The notes: a model not told the origin generated them from the sequence alone. A stretch of DNA of 64,000 nt from Vulcanimicrobiaceae bacterium (GCA_046262595.1 JBHEMM010000002.1:31701-95700); one strand, 5' to 3'; positions 55,135 to 64,000 are shown, counted from the first letter of the stretch. A program made the numbers and translations.

Positions 55135-58100
55135 GTGCGATCTTGTACCTTGTCCATGAAACGCCGCATCGCTTCACCGCGCGGCCGGCGGCCGGCGATC
55201 AGATTGCATGTCAGTCCTTTGGTTTCCTGAATGTGCACGTTCGGATCCAGCGTGATGTGCAGCAGATCGTTCACGACGTCACCGGTCACCAAGCCTTTAC
55301 GGCCCCAGTGGTAGGGCAAACCCACCGAGTGCAGCTCTTTGCCCCCGGTCTGCATCGGACGCACGCGTTTCGTCACCATCACGCGCGCTTCGATGACGGC
55401 GCGCTTCGTATAGATCGTGGCCCAATCACCGTGGGTGAGCCCGCGCAGCTGCGCGAGCTGCGGACTCACCTCGCAAAACAGCTCGGGCTGCAATTCACTC
55501 AATTGCGGCACCGTGCGGCTCATGCCGCCGGCGGTGTGATGCTCGGTTAAGCGGTACGTGTAGAGCACGAACGGATACGCATCGCCGTGTTCGTCGCTGG
55601 GTGAGGGATTCGATTCGTTGAAACGCCGCGGAAACTGCTGGCGTGCCGGATTGGCCTGCGTTGCGTACAACGCGTTGCGCACCGGCGACTCGTGCGATTC
55701 GAAGTATGTCGGCAACGGCCCGTCAACGACGCCGTTGGGTGTAAAAAGCCAGCCCAGGCCGTCGTCCTGCATGATGAACGGATGCCAGCCTGCAAGCGCG
55801 TCCTCCCGTTGCGCGCCGTCAGCCGGGCGGTAATCGGGGCGCTTTTTCTTTTCAAAATCCGGCACGTCGTGGCCGGCCCACTCGGCCTTTTCTTCGTCCC
55901 ACCACACGTAGCGTTTGCGCTCGCTCCATGGTTTTCCGGACGGATCTGCGGAGGCGCGGTTGTAGAGCAAGCGCCGGTTCGAGGGCCACGCCCATCCCCA
56001 CTCCGGCGCAACCCACGACTGTTCGTTGCCCGGTTTGCGATTCGCGGTCTGGTTCTTTTCCTGTTTGAAGCAGCCGCAATAGATCCAGCAGCCGCATGCG
56101 GTGCTGCCGTCGGCTTTTAACTCGCTCGGCGACGAGAGCGCTTTCCCGTCCGCATCGCATCCGCCGATCTCCCGGATGACGGCATGCGCGTCCGGTTCCT
56201 CGATCGCGCCGATCGTGGGGTAGTCCCAGGTAAGAAAATGCAGGGGATCGGCATGCGGTTCTTCGCGCTGCGCGAGCTTGGCTTTGATGCGCTTGCCGAG
56301 ATGATAATAAAACCACAGTTCCGACCGCGCATCGCCTTGCGGTTCGACCGCCTTGTGATGCCACTGCAGCAAACGCTGGGTGTTGGTGAACGAGCCGTCC
56401 TTTTCGGTATGCGCGGCGGCCGGCATGAGGAAGACCTCGGTCTTGATCGCGGCCGGGCTGAGCTCGCCCGTTTCCACTTCCGGTGAGTCATACCAAAACG
56501 ACGCGCTTTCGATCTCTTGGAAGTCGCGAACGACCAGCCACTCCAGGTTCGCCATCGCCCGGCGCTGCAAGCCGGAATTCGCCGAGCCGACCGCCGGATT
56601 TTCGCCGCAGACGAAAAAACCTTTGACCTTGCCGTCGAGCATGTCCATCATACTGCGGTATGTGGAGTGATCGCCGGTGATCCGCGGCAGCAGATCGAAG
56701 CAGTAATCGTTCTGCCGGGTCGCATGATCGCCGAACCACGCTTTAAGCAGGCTCACGACATACTTGTCAAGGTTTCCCCAAAAGCCGGTGCGTGCGCCCT
56801 CAGATTCGATGTAATGGTGCAAGTTATTGTGCGCGTCCGCGTGCGGCATGACGATGTATCCGGGCAAGACGTTGAACAGCGTCGGGATATCGGTGGAGCC
56901 CTGAATGGAAGCGTGCCCGCGCAGCGCCAAGATGCCGCCGCCCGGGCGCCCGATGTTGCCGAGCAGCAATTGCACGATGGCGGCAGCCCGGATCATCTGC
57001 ACCCCGAACGTGTGCTGCGTCCATGCGACCGAATAGCAAATCACCGACGTGCGTTCGCGTCCGCTGTTTGCGCACAGCGCTTCGGCCAGGTCGATCACTT
57101 GCGCAGCCGTGATACCGCAAATGTCGGCGACGGTTTGCGGCGTATACCGCGCATAATGGCGCTTGATCACCTGATAGATGCAGCGCGGATGCTGCAGGGA
57201 TTTGTCCATGTGCGGCGGCTCGCCGCCCTTGAGCGCATCCTCGCCTTGCTTGAACGACTCTTTCTCGGACATGGCCTGATGCGCCTCACGCTGGCCGGCC
57301 GCGCCATGGAGATCCATGCCTTCGTACTGCCAAGTGTGAAAAGCGTACGATTTCTTTTCCTCATCCCAGCCGGAGAACAGACCATCCAAGTCTTCCGTGT
57401 CCTGAAATTCTTTTTTCAGCAGCACCGGCGCATTGGTGTAGTTGACGACGTATTCTTTGAACGCGCGATCGTTCTGCAAAATGTAATTGATGATGCCGCC
57501 CAGCAGCGCGATGTCCGTACCGGGGCGGATCGGAATATGCGTATCCGCCATAGCGGACGTGCGTGTGAAACGCGGATCGACGTGAATGAAACGCGCCCCG
57601 CGCTCGCGCGCTTCCATCACCCACTGGAAACCGACCGGATGATTTTCGGCCATGTTCGAGCCCATGATGAGCACGCAGTCCGCGTTTTGCAGATCTTGCT
57701 GGAACGTGGTCGCGCCGCCGCGTCCGAACGAGGTTCCCAAACTGGGAACCGTCGAGCTATGTCATATTCGGGCTTGGTTTTCAACCTGAATCACCCCAAG
57801 CGCCGTATACAGCTTCTTCATGAGGTAATTCTCTTCGTTGTCCAACGTTGCGCCGCCCAGACTTGCGATGCCGGAGGTGCGGTTGAGGAGCGCGCCTTTC
57901 TCGTTCTGCGCTTCCCATGTCTCGCGGCGCGTCTTCAGCACGCGCTCGGCGATCATGTCCATCGCGTCGTCCAGCGCGAGTTCTTCCCATTGCGCGCCGT
58001 ACGGCCGGCGGTATTTCACTTTGTACTCGCGCGATTCGCTTTGCACGAGCGCGCGCGTGGCCGACCCTTTGGGACACAGGCGCCCGCGGGAGATTGGGCT

Positions 58101-58322
58101 GTCGGGATCGCCTTCGATCTGCGTAATCTTGCCGTCCGCGACGAAAACGTTTTGGCCGCATCCGACGGCGCAGAAGGGGCACACGCTTTTGACGGCCTTG
58201 GCGCGCGCGGTGCGCGCTTTCCAATCGCGCTTGGAGTCGGACTGGGCCGCCGAGCCGAACGCGTATTTGTCTTCCGGCTGCAATTGCCGAAGCAAGGGCC
58301 ATTTCGCCCGCCCGTTATCCAT
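55131..58322 (-). CDS. Formate dehydrogenase alpha subunit (molybdopterin oxidoreductase), selenocysteine-containing (UGA at 57764..57762)
   Basis: Track ORFs 57762..58331 and 55131..57740 are in the same frame, separated only by a TGA. Reading through gives ...VENQARI-U-HSSTVPSLGTSFGRGGATT, matching the FdnG/FdhF active-site context (ARV-U-HGP...FGRG). The N-terminal FeS motif is CPFCAVGCG. The start is either ATG 58322 or TTG 58331. Confidence 0.85.
57732..57750 (-). promoter_or_regulatory. SECIS-like stem-loop downstream of the in-frame UGA
   Basis: On the mRNA strand the sequence is UGA-CAUAGCUCGAC-GGUUCCCA-GUU-UGGGAACC. It forms a perfect 8-bp stem and a G/U-containing apical loop, and the stem begins 11 nt after the UGA, as in bacterial SECIS elements. 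Confidence 0.7.
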
Positions 58323-58411
58323 AGATCGCAATTACCATCGGCGCAGACTCCTTAAACAGGTGACTTTAGCTGACAACGTGCGTGCTGCGCGGGAGCTTGC
58401 GGAGCCCTCGC

Positions 58412-59344
58412 TCATTGCGCGCAGAAGCGGTATACGGTCGTTGACGTGAACCGTTCGCCGCGCCGTAGGACCGTCGATGGAAACGACGGCTGATTCGGCG
58501 AATCGGGGAAATGCTGCGTCTCGAGCGCAATCCCTGACGGGTTTCCCGAATAGAATTGCAAGCCCGGCTGCGTGGTGTAAACCTCAAGCATGCGGCCGCT
58601 TTGCGCATGCGCGAGCCGCGCGGCAAGCGCGAGACCGCTTGGACGTACGCCCAGCACCCAGTTGTTATCGTATGCGGCGCCGATCATGCGTGGCCGGCGG
58701 AAGTCGTAACGGGACCGCTTAACCGGTTCGATCGTCCCCAGCGGGATCAATTGCTCATCGACGGGCGTGTATGCACCCGCCGCGATCTGCAGCGTATGCG
58801 ATTGCGCCGCGTCTCCAAGGCCGCCGCTCAAATCGAAGTAACTGTGATTGGTAAAATTAACGACGGTGTCGGCGTCGCACGAAGCGCTGTAGCAAATGCG
58901 CAAATCGGACTGCTGTACCGTGAAGGTGACCGTCGCATGCAACGTGCCTGGAAAGCCTTGATCGCCGTCTTCGCTCACGTACGAGAGAACGACGCGCGCT
59001 GCGTTGGTATGCTCCACGCTCCACATCGCGCGATCGAAGCCGCGGGCGCCGCCATGCAGCGTGTTGTTGCCGTCGTTGGCGCTCAAGCGGTACGTGTGCC
59101 CGTTCAGCGCAAAACTGGCGCCGCCGATGCGGTTCGCGAACCGCCCGATCGTCGCTCCGAAGTAGGCGCGCGGATGCGGCGGATGTTCGTATTCTTCGAG
59201 CGTTGGATAATGCAGAACGACGTTTTCAAGCACGCCGTCACGGCGCGGGGCGCGCAATGATATGACCGTCGCGCCGTACGTCATGATGTCGGCTTGCAGC
59301 CCGGCCGAGCAAAGCGTGAAAACCTTCATCGGGCACGCGTGCAT
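58412..59344 (-). CDS. galM: Aldose 1-epimerase (galactose mutarotase)
   Basis: GATIGRFANRI, NNTLHGG, FDRAMW, NHSYFDL and LETQHFPDSPN are mutarotase motifs. An alternative start is ATG 59329. Confidence 0.85.
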   Translation of the reverse strand: MHACPMKVFTLCSAGLQADIMTYGATVISLRAPRRDGVLENVVLHYPTLEEYEHPPHPRAYFGATIGRFANRIGGASFALNGHTYRLSANDGNNTLHGGARGFDRAMWSVEHTNAARVVLSYVSEDGDQGFPGTLHATVTFTVQQSDLRICYSASCDADTVVNFTNHSYFDLSGGLGDAAQSHTLQIAAGAYTPVDEQLIPLGTIEPVKRSRYDFRRPRMIGAAYDNNWVLGVRPSGLALAARLAHAQSGRMLEVYTTQPGLQFYSGNPSGIALETQHFPDSPNQPSFPSTVLRRGERFTSTTVYRFCAQ

Positions 59345-59714
59345 GCGGCAGCTTGGTCTGCTGTTACCATGTAGCGTCGTCGTTCAAGAACGAGACGCAA
59401 ACACCATCGCATCGGCTGTCGATGCGCAAAAAAGCCGCGAAGAGTCGGCAATTCAGACATGCAGGCCATTCCGAGCGGCCGCGAACCCGCGCTTACGGCA
59501 TGTCACCGGACACCGCACTAGTATGCAATTATGACGCTTGCAGCATACTCGCAATCGCACTGCTTTCATTGCCCTGCGCTCTTCCCGCCTATATATGCGA
59601 ATTGCCTATAGGCATTCTTAACGTATTGCTAACATGCCTCAGGCATTCTAGCCTGAGCATGGTCCCTTTGCCTTCTCGGCCGCTGCTTTGCTTTCAGAAG
59701 AGAGAGAAAATCGC

Positions 59715-60593
59715 ATGAAACCACTCCGCATTGCTTTTGCCGGTTTCACGGCACTCGCCATTATTTCGTGTAGCGCCGGCGGTACGAACGCCGTGCTGCC
59801 ATCCAAGCAAAACGACACCCGTCAAGCGTCGGCGCGTCGGATCACGCTTCCGCAAACATCGTCGTCAACGCGACGCCGCCGCATGGATTCGACGGGCGCG
59901 CTTGTCGACGGCGGTTTTGAATCGGGCGGTTTCACGTACTGGGGACAATGCGGTAACGTGAACGCGACAATTTCGACGACGTACTACCACAGTGGAACGC
60001 ATGGTTTGGCGACCGGCACCGGATCGGGCGCAGAGATCAACGGCGATGCCGGCGTTTGTCAGCAAGTGACGGTTCCGTCCGGCGGCACGCTAACGTTTTG
60101 GGTGAAGCAAGGATCGAACGAATCCAACACCACCTACGCATACCAAGAAGGCGATTTGCTCGATAGCACTGGCGCCGTGATCACCAACTTTTATACCACC
60201 GTGGCCAACACGAGCACGTGGGTGCAGAAGACCGTTAATTTAAGCGCGTACGCCGGAACGAGCGTTTGGATCTATTTCGGCGTGCACGGTGACGGCGCGA
60301 GTGGTTACTGGACGTATCAAGACGTTGATGATGTAGCGTGGTCCGGAAGCTCGACGCCGACGCCGTCGCCCACGCCGACAAAGACTCCAACGCCGGGACC
60401 AACCGCGACGCCAACAAAGTCGCCGACTCCCGGACCAACGGCGACACCGGTGCCGACGCCCACGCCGACCAAGACGTCCACACCGGCGCCCACATCAACG
60501 CCTATCGGCGGCCCTACGCCGATTGCAACGCCGGCGAACGGCGGCGGCAATAGCACCGGAAGCTGCGGGTCGAGTTGCGGCGTTCAACGCTAG
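59715..60593 (+). CDS. Lipoprotein with galactose-binding/CBM-like domain and Pro/Thr-rich linker, terminated by an in-frame TAG
   Basis: ATG 59715 follows a purine-rich AGAGAGAGAAAA. The N-terminus [23 protein letters not shown] has a lipobox. [14 protein letters not shown]...[10 protein letters not shown] is CBM-like. The linker is a [20 protein letters not shown]... repeat, and the ORF ends ...SCGVQR-TAG. Confidence 0.7.
   Translation: MKPLRIAFAGFTALAIISCSAGGTNAVLPSKQNDTRQASARRITLPQTSSSTRRRRMDSTGALVDGGFESGGFTYWGQCGNVNATISTTYYHSGTHGLATGTGSGAEINGDAGVCQQVTVPSGGTLTFWVKQGSNESNTTYAYQEGDLLDSTGAVITNFYTTVANTSTWVQKTVNLSAYAGTSVWIYFGVHGDGASGYWTYQDVDDVAWSGSSTPTPSPTPTKTPTPGPTATPTKSPTPGPTATPVPTPTPTKTSTPAPTSTPIGGPTPIATPANGGGNSTGSCGSSCGVQR
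60351..60533 (+). repeat. Low-complexity Pro/Thr (PT) linker-coding repeat
   Basis: This stretch is a run of ACG/CCG-rich codons encoding about 60 aa of P/T/S/K/G. It contains an imperfect direct repeat ([10 protein letters not shown] / [10 protein letters not shown]). Confidence 0.85.
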
Positions 60594-60665
60594 CACATCA
60601 AAACGCTCGGTGATGCGTACGTTCATACGATCAACTGGACGCCTGTAAGCGAAACGGTCGATCAA

Positions 60666-61103
60666 ATGCGTGCAGCACCGGTTCCGAGCCCGTACGATGA
60701 GTACAACGACACGACGCGCTATGCGCCGTGGGAAACGAAGTCGGTAACGGTTCGGGCCACGTTCGTGGGGTGGAAGATCGAATCCGACCACGACTACCAT
60801 ATCGTCATCGCCGATTTAACGCATCCGAGCGACACCATGATCATCGAACCGCCGGACCCGACATGCAGCAGCGCGTGCGACGGCGGCTTTGCGAGCTACT
60901 TCTCGGCGGTGCGCACCAAACTCACGACGTGCTTCGGTCAACCGCCGACGTCATTCACGAATTTGCCCTCGGGCATCGTCGCCGACTTCACCGGCGTGCC
61001 CGAGTTCGACGCGCTGCACGGACAAACGGGTGTTGCACCCAACGGCATCGAGCTGCATCCGCTGATGAACGTGAAGTTCGTTTCGGGCACCACGTGTAAC
61101 TGA
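60666..61103 (+). CDS. Cys-containing domain protein (HGQTGVAPNGIELHP family); probably the C-terminal part of 59715..60593
   Basis: This ORF is in the same frame as the upstream ORF, with 24 sense codons and no stop between TAG 60591 and ATG 60666. Motifs are ESDHDYHIVIAD and FDALHGQTGVAPNGIELHP. Confidence 0.6.
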   Translation: MRAAPVPSPYDEYNDTTRYAPWETKSVTVRATFVGWKIESDHDYHIVIADLTHPSDTMIIEPPDPTCSSACDGGFASYFSAVRTKLTTCFGQPPTSFTNLPSGIVADFTGVPEFDALHGQTGVAPNGIELHPLMNVKFVSGTTCN

Positions 61104-61633
61104 TGCGAGCGGCCCTCGCGGCGGCAGCGGCTGCCGTAACGCTCGCATCGTGCGCGCAGCAACACCGGGAGGCCGCGGCAACGCCGCCTCCCGGCGCGGT
61201 CAGCGAGCAGTATAAAAAGCGGGTCGCACAAGTAGGCCACCATCTGGAAGCGCAGGACCGCGCCAACGCCGCGCGTCACGCTGCGCAAATGGCGGCCGTG
61301 ATCGGTGCGCGCGTGCTGCAAATCAAAGACGTCGATACCGGCGTCGCATTTTTGATTTCGGTGCACAATAAAACGGCGAAAACGATCCGCTCGCTGGGCG
61401 AAGGTTACGAAGTCCGCGCCGGCTCAAAACGCATCGGCTTGCTCGAAGTGGACGAGGCGCGGGCAAAGGTGCGGCCGCATGCGACCGTTAGATTCTGGCA
61501 AAAAGAGCCGTACACGCGGTTCGGCGATGAAGCGGGCGACATGCGCCAGGCACAGGACCGGCACAAGACGGCAACCGTAAAAATCATCGAAGTGAAGTAT
61601 TCCGACGGGTCTGACGCCGGATACGACGACTAA
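61103..61633 (+). CDS. Hypothetical lipoprotein
   Basis: The N-terminus MRAALAAAAAAVTLASCAQ has a lipobox. The start overlaps the upstream stop (TGATG). Confidence 0.65.
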   Translation: MRAALAAAAAAVTLASCAQQHREAAATPPPGAVSEQYKKRVAQVGHHLEAQDRANAARHAAQMAAVIGARVLQIKDVDTGVAFLISVHNKTAKTIRSLGEGYEVRAGSKRIGLLEVDEARAKVRPHATVRFWQKEPYTRFGDEAGDMRQAQDRHKTATVKIIEVKYSDGSDAGYDD

Positions 61634-61710
61634 AAGGGACGGGCGGCGCACTTCCGCCGCTCTCGCGCATTTAAAGATGACAATATGAGCGGTGCACGAA
61701 ATCGGTCGCG

Positions 61711-64000
61711 ATGACAAATCGGCGTGCCTTTTTTGTCTGCGCGATGACGATGGTCGTCGCCTTGCTTCCTATCATCGCAACGGCGCAAAGCCAACTGAAT
61801 GCGGCGCTCATCGTTCGTGTGACGGACGCCCAAGGCGGCGCGCCAATCGATAACGCTGAGGTCTTCTTGCTCGGCGGCGATATGCCGCAAAATTCGCTAA
61901 CGAACGCCCAAGGCTTATTAATTTTTGAAGTGCAACCGGCGCTGTATCGCGTGCAAGTCAAGGCGAAGGGCTACGATGACAGCCCGAGCACCGATGTTGA
62001 CGCCGGCGAGGGGCAGCGCGTTCAGATAACGGTCGCACTGCAGCGGCTCCATACTATCGCAAGCGTGGTCGCCCGCCCAAGCGTCGGTGTCTCTAGCACC
62101 GATGTCAACGAAAACAGCGCCGAGCGTAAAGTCTCGCAGTCGCTATCGGACGCGCTGAACAAAATTGCGGGCGTCACCGTGGACGATCAAATCTTAGGTG
62201 CAAATTCAGCGTTCAATATTTCGTTGCACGGAGCGGATTCGTCGCAAACGGGCTATTCGATTAACGGCATGCGCGTGGGCGGTGCGTCGGCGCAACTGAC
62301 GAGCGGCCTGAGCAGCCTCTTCACCGGAAGCTCGATAGACTTTTCTCCGACTGCCGACAGCCCGGCCGGGCTCATCAACTTTTACACCGCGCAGCCCTCA
62401 AAAATCTGGAGTTACCATTTCACGGGCCTTGTCGGTAACTACGCCGACACGCTGGGAACCTTCATGACGACCGGCGGCTTCGGCAAGTTTGCATTTGCCT
62501 TTGAGCGCGCCGCAGGCGGACAAGACTCACCGCTCAACGGGCTGTTCTATAAAGACGCAACCGGCAACGCCTATGAGCATAATGGCGGCAGTGCCAACAC
62601 CGCGAATATGTTAAAGGCGTCCGTTAGTCTCTCGCCGGTGTCGTCGCTAAAAGCAACAGTCATGGGCGGCACAAACCGGAATTCGTATATTTGCTCGAAC
62701 TATACGGCGGTGGTTCCATGCGGCAACGGGCCCGGCAGCGCATCAAAAGGTTCGAACCTATTTGAAACGCTTTCGTTCGGATCCCTTGCGCGCAATGTTC
62801 AGTACAATCTATTTGCCAACCGCGGATCGTATAAATCTATCGACGACGAGCCGAACCGTTCCGTGAATGGTATGCTAACGCCATACAACGGGTCCAATTC
62901 GGCGCTATGGTCGAACCTTGGCATTTACGCGAGCTCGTCCGCGCGCCGCCACACGATATCCGCAGGCGCATATACGTCGGTGAATCGCACGGCGTATGCG
63001 TCGTCCTACAACGGGTCGCAGACGCTCAGCGGCAGCCGATTCGACCGGTACTCAAGCATTTATGCAAGCGACCATGTGAAGTCTAACGACAAACTCGCGC
63101 TGACCTCCACGGTATCGCGCTCAAACGGAACGGGCATCGGCGCCTCGCAAGAGTTCTACAATCAAGTGACCTGGCAGCCCAAAACAGTCGATGCCTATAG
63201 CGTAAGTGTCGGTCTTGGAAGTTCATTTCCGGGCAACACGTACCCCGCTCCTCTTGGCGATCCCGCGAGTGCCGACATCGACTGCTACAACAAATCGGTG
63301 TTTGTAAGCGGTCCGAGCGACGAGTCGACACATCAGACATCGGTATCGTACGACATCGGTTGGAAGCATAATTTTAAAGGCGGCTTTGTGAGCCTGGATG
63401 CGTACCATAACAATCAATTCGGGCAGACCATGCGGCTCGCCGTGCCGTTTGACGGCGTACCGTCGAGCGATTTCCCCAACGGACCGGCAGCATACCTAAC
63501 GCAGCTGCAACAAGTGTGGTCGCAGCCCACCATTTGCGGAAACATACCGTTCGATGCTTCGCGCGTGTTCGTCACCGAATTAGCGAGCGGACTCGGCCGG
63601 CTTAGTCAGGGGTTTACGGTAAGCGGACAGATCGCGCTTGGCCGTAACGTTTTGCTCTATCCGAGCTATGCGATGACGAATACCTATTTAACGACGATCG
63701 ACTCCCGGCTCACATTGCCGGGTAGTTTATACGCGATTGGCACGCAGCTGCCGCACCACCCGTTGCACACGTCGGGGCTGATCGTCGATGGAGTTCTCGC
63801 GAAATCGTCGCTGGAGTGGCTGGCCGATGCGCAGTTTACATCGGCAAACAACGGCGGCAATCTTCCCGCGTACACGATCTACAACGCCGGCCTCGTGCTG
63901 CACGGCCAGCGGGGCTCGTTGCAGGTGTTGGTCGGCAATATTTTCGGCTCACATACCGGACTGTTCACGACGTATCAAGCAGTGAACGCCATTCCCGTCG
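61711..64000 (+). CDS. TonB-dependent receptor-like outer-membrane protein with N-terminal carboxypeptidase-regulatory-like domain (3' end beyond window)
   Basis: I translated this frame by hand and it is open from ATG 61711 to the window end (more than 760 codons), so it is not in the track. The signal peptide is MTNRRAFFVCAMTMVVALLPIIATAQS. A CarbopepD_reg-like segment is IVRVTDAQGGAPIDNAEVFL...YRVQVKAKGY, and a plug-like segment is SQSLSDALNKIAGVTV. The remainder is rich in Y/N/S/G, consistent with beta-barrel strands. Confidence 0.75.
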   Translation, partial: MTNRRAFFVCAMTMVVALLPIIATAQSQLNAALIVRVTDAQGGAPIDNAEVFLLGGDMPQNSLTNAQGLLIFEVQPALYRVQVKAKGYDDSPSTDVDAGEGQRVQITVALQRLHTIASVVARPSVGVSSTDVNENSAERKVSQSLSDALNKIAGVTVDDQILGANSAFNISLHGADSSQTGYSINGMRVGGASAQLTSGLSSLFTGSSIDFSPTADSPAGLINFYTAQPSKIWSYHFTGLVGNYADTLGTFMTTGGFGKFAFAFERAAGGQDSPLNGLFYKDATGNAYEHNGGSANTANMLKASVSLSPVSSLKATVMGGTNRNSYICSNYTAVVPCGNGPGSASKGSNLFETLSFGSLARNVQYNLFANRGSYKSIDDEPNRSVNGMLTPYNGSNSALWSNLGIYASSSARRHTISAGAYTSVNRTAYASSYNGSQTLSGSRFDRYSSIYASDHVKSNDKLALTSTVSRSNGTGIGASQEFYNQVTWQPKTVDAYSVSVGLGSSFPGNTYPAPLGDPASADIDCYNKSVFVSGPSDESTHQTSVSYDIGWKHNFKGGFVSLDAYHNNQFGQTMRLAVPFDGVPSSDFPNGPAAYLTQLQQVWSQPTICGNIPFDASRVFVTELASGLGRLSQGFTVSGQIALGRNVLLYPSYAMTNTYLTTIDSRLTLPGSLYAIGTQLPHHPLHTSGLIVDGVLAKSSLEWLADAQFTSANNGGNLPAYTIYNAGLVLHGQRGSLQVLVGNIFGSHTGLFTTYQAVNAIPV

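Noticed and set aside
57741-57764. FDH alpha subunit interpreted as a pseudogene broken by a stop codon
   Set aside because: The stop is a TGA exactly at the conserved Sec/Cys active-site position, both halves are intact and in frame, and a SECIS-like hairpin follows at the canonical distance. Selenocysteine recoding is the better explanation.
60351-60533. Repetitive stretch considered as a CRISPR array or VNTR
   Set aside because: There is no alternation of repeats and spacers. It is in frame within a CDS and encodes a Pro/Thr linker, so it is a low-complexity coding repeat.
61643-61660. Hairpin GCGGCG-CACTTC-CGCCGC after the lipoprotein gene, considered as a terminator
   Set aside because: The stem is only 6 bp and no U-tract follows. 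The downstream receptor gene is probably co-transcribed.
1-64000. Scan for mobile elements, prophage, defence islands, CRISPR-Cas, rRNA and tRNA genes
   Set aside because: I saw no integrase, transposase, recombinase, reverse transcriptase, Cas, restriction or tRNA-like signatures in any frame. Intergenic spaces are mostly too short to hold RNA genes. A tool-based tRNAscan/Infernal run could still find something I missed.

Overview
High-GC (roughly two-thirds G+C by eye) chromosomal segment from a diderm bacterium. It is densely packed with about 65 genes, and many junctions are 4-nt start/stop overlaps (ATGA, GTGA, CTGA). All function calls come from motifs read in the translated ORFs and from memory of protein families; no searches were run. 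I saw no rRNA, tRNA, CRISPR array, integrase, transposase or reverse transcriptase, and no recognisable defence system. Content in window order:
- Partial ppk.
- An OpuC-type four-gene betaine ABC transporter, convergent with a stand-alone EgtD-like histidine N-methyltransferase.
- A dienelactone-hydrolase homologue that appears to lack its nucleophile.
- Two APC amino-acid permeases.
- Envelope and lipid genes: a lytic transglycosylase, and a His-box mini-hydroxylase paired with a GT28 glycosyltransferase.
- ROK glucokinase, an SDR, and a large BNR/Asp-box protein.
- A long minus-strand run: NnrS-like protein, dehydratase, prfC, GH130, alr.
- Heme A genes ctaA-ctaB, divergent from a caa3-type cytochrome oxidase operon.
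- An amino-sugar operon (FAD oxidoreductase, orphan HExxH protein, BadF-type kinase, nanE).
- A tightly coupled six-gene operon: GH20 hexosaminidase, a transporter::PDZ fusion, an M20 peptidase and a hydantoinase-like ATPase.
- An ECF sigma / anti-sigma / GNAT unit, an S41 peptidase and ettA.
- A three-subunit formate dehydrogenase whose alpha subunit holds an in-frame UGA (selenocysteine) with a SECIS-like hairpin 11 nt downstream.
- galM.
- A lower-GC terminal segment with lipoprotein genes and a TonB-dependent-receptor-like gene running off the window.

Most notable observations: the Sec-FDH that the ORF track splits in two; an in-frame TAG (probably Trp to amber) splitting a CBM/PT-linker lipoprotein from its Cys-containing C-terminal domain; two gene relics (ExbD/TolR and a class III cyclase); three genes that seem to need CTG initiation; and the unusual GH20-transporter::PDZ-M20-hydantoinase operon. 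No clear-cut novel system could be proven from the sequence alone, so the candidates are flagged with tests.
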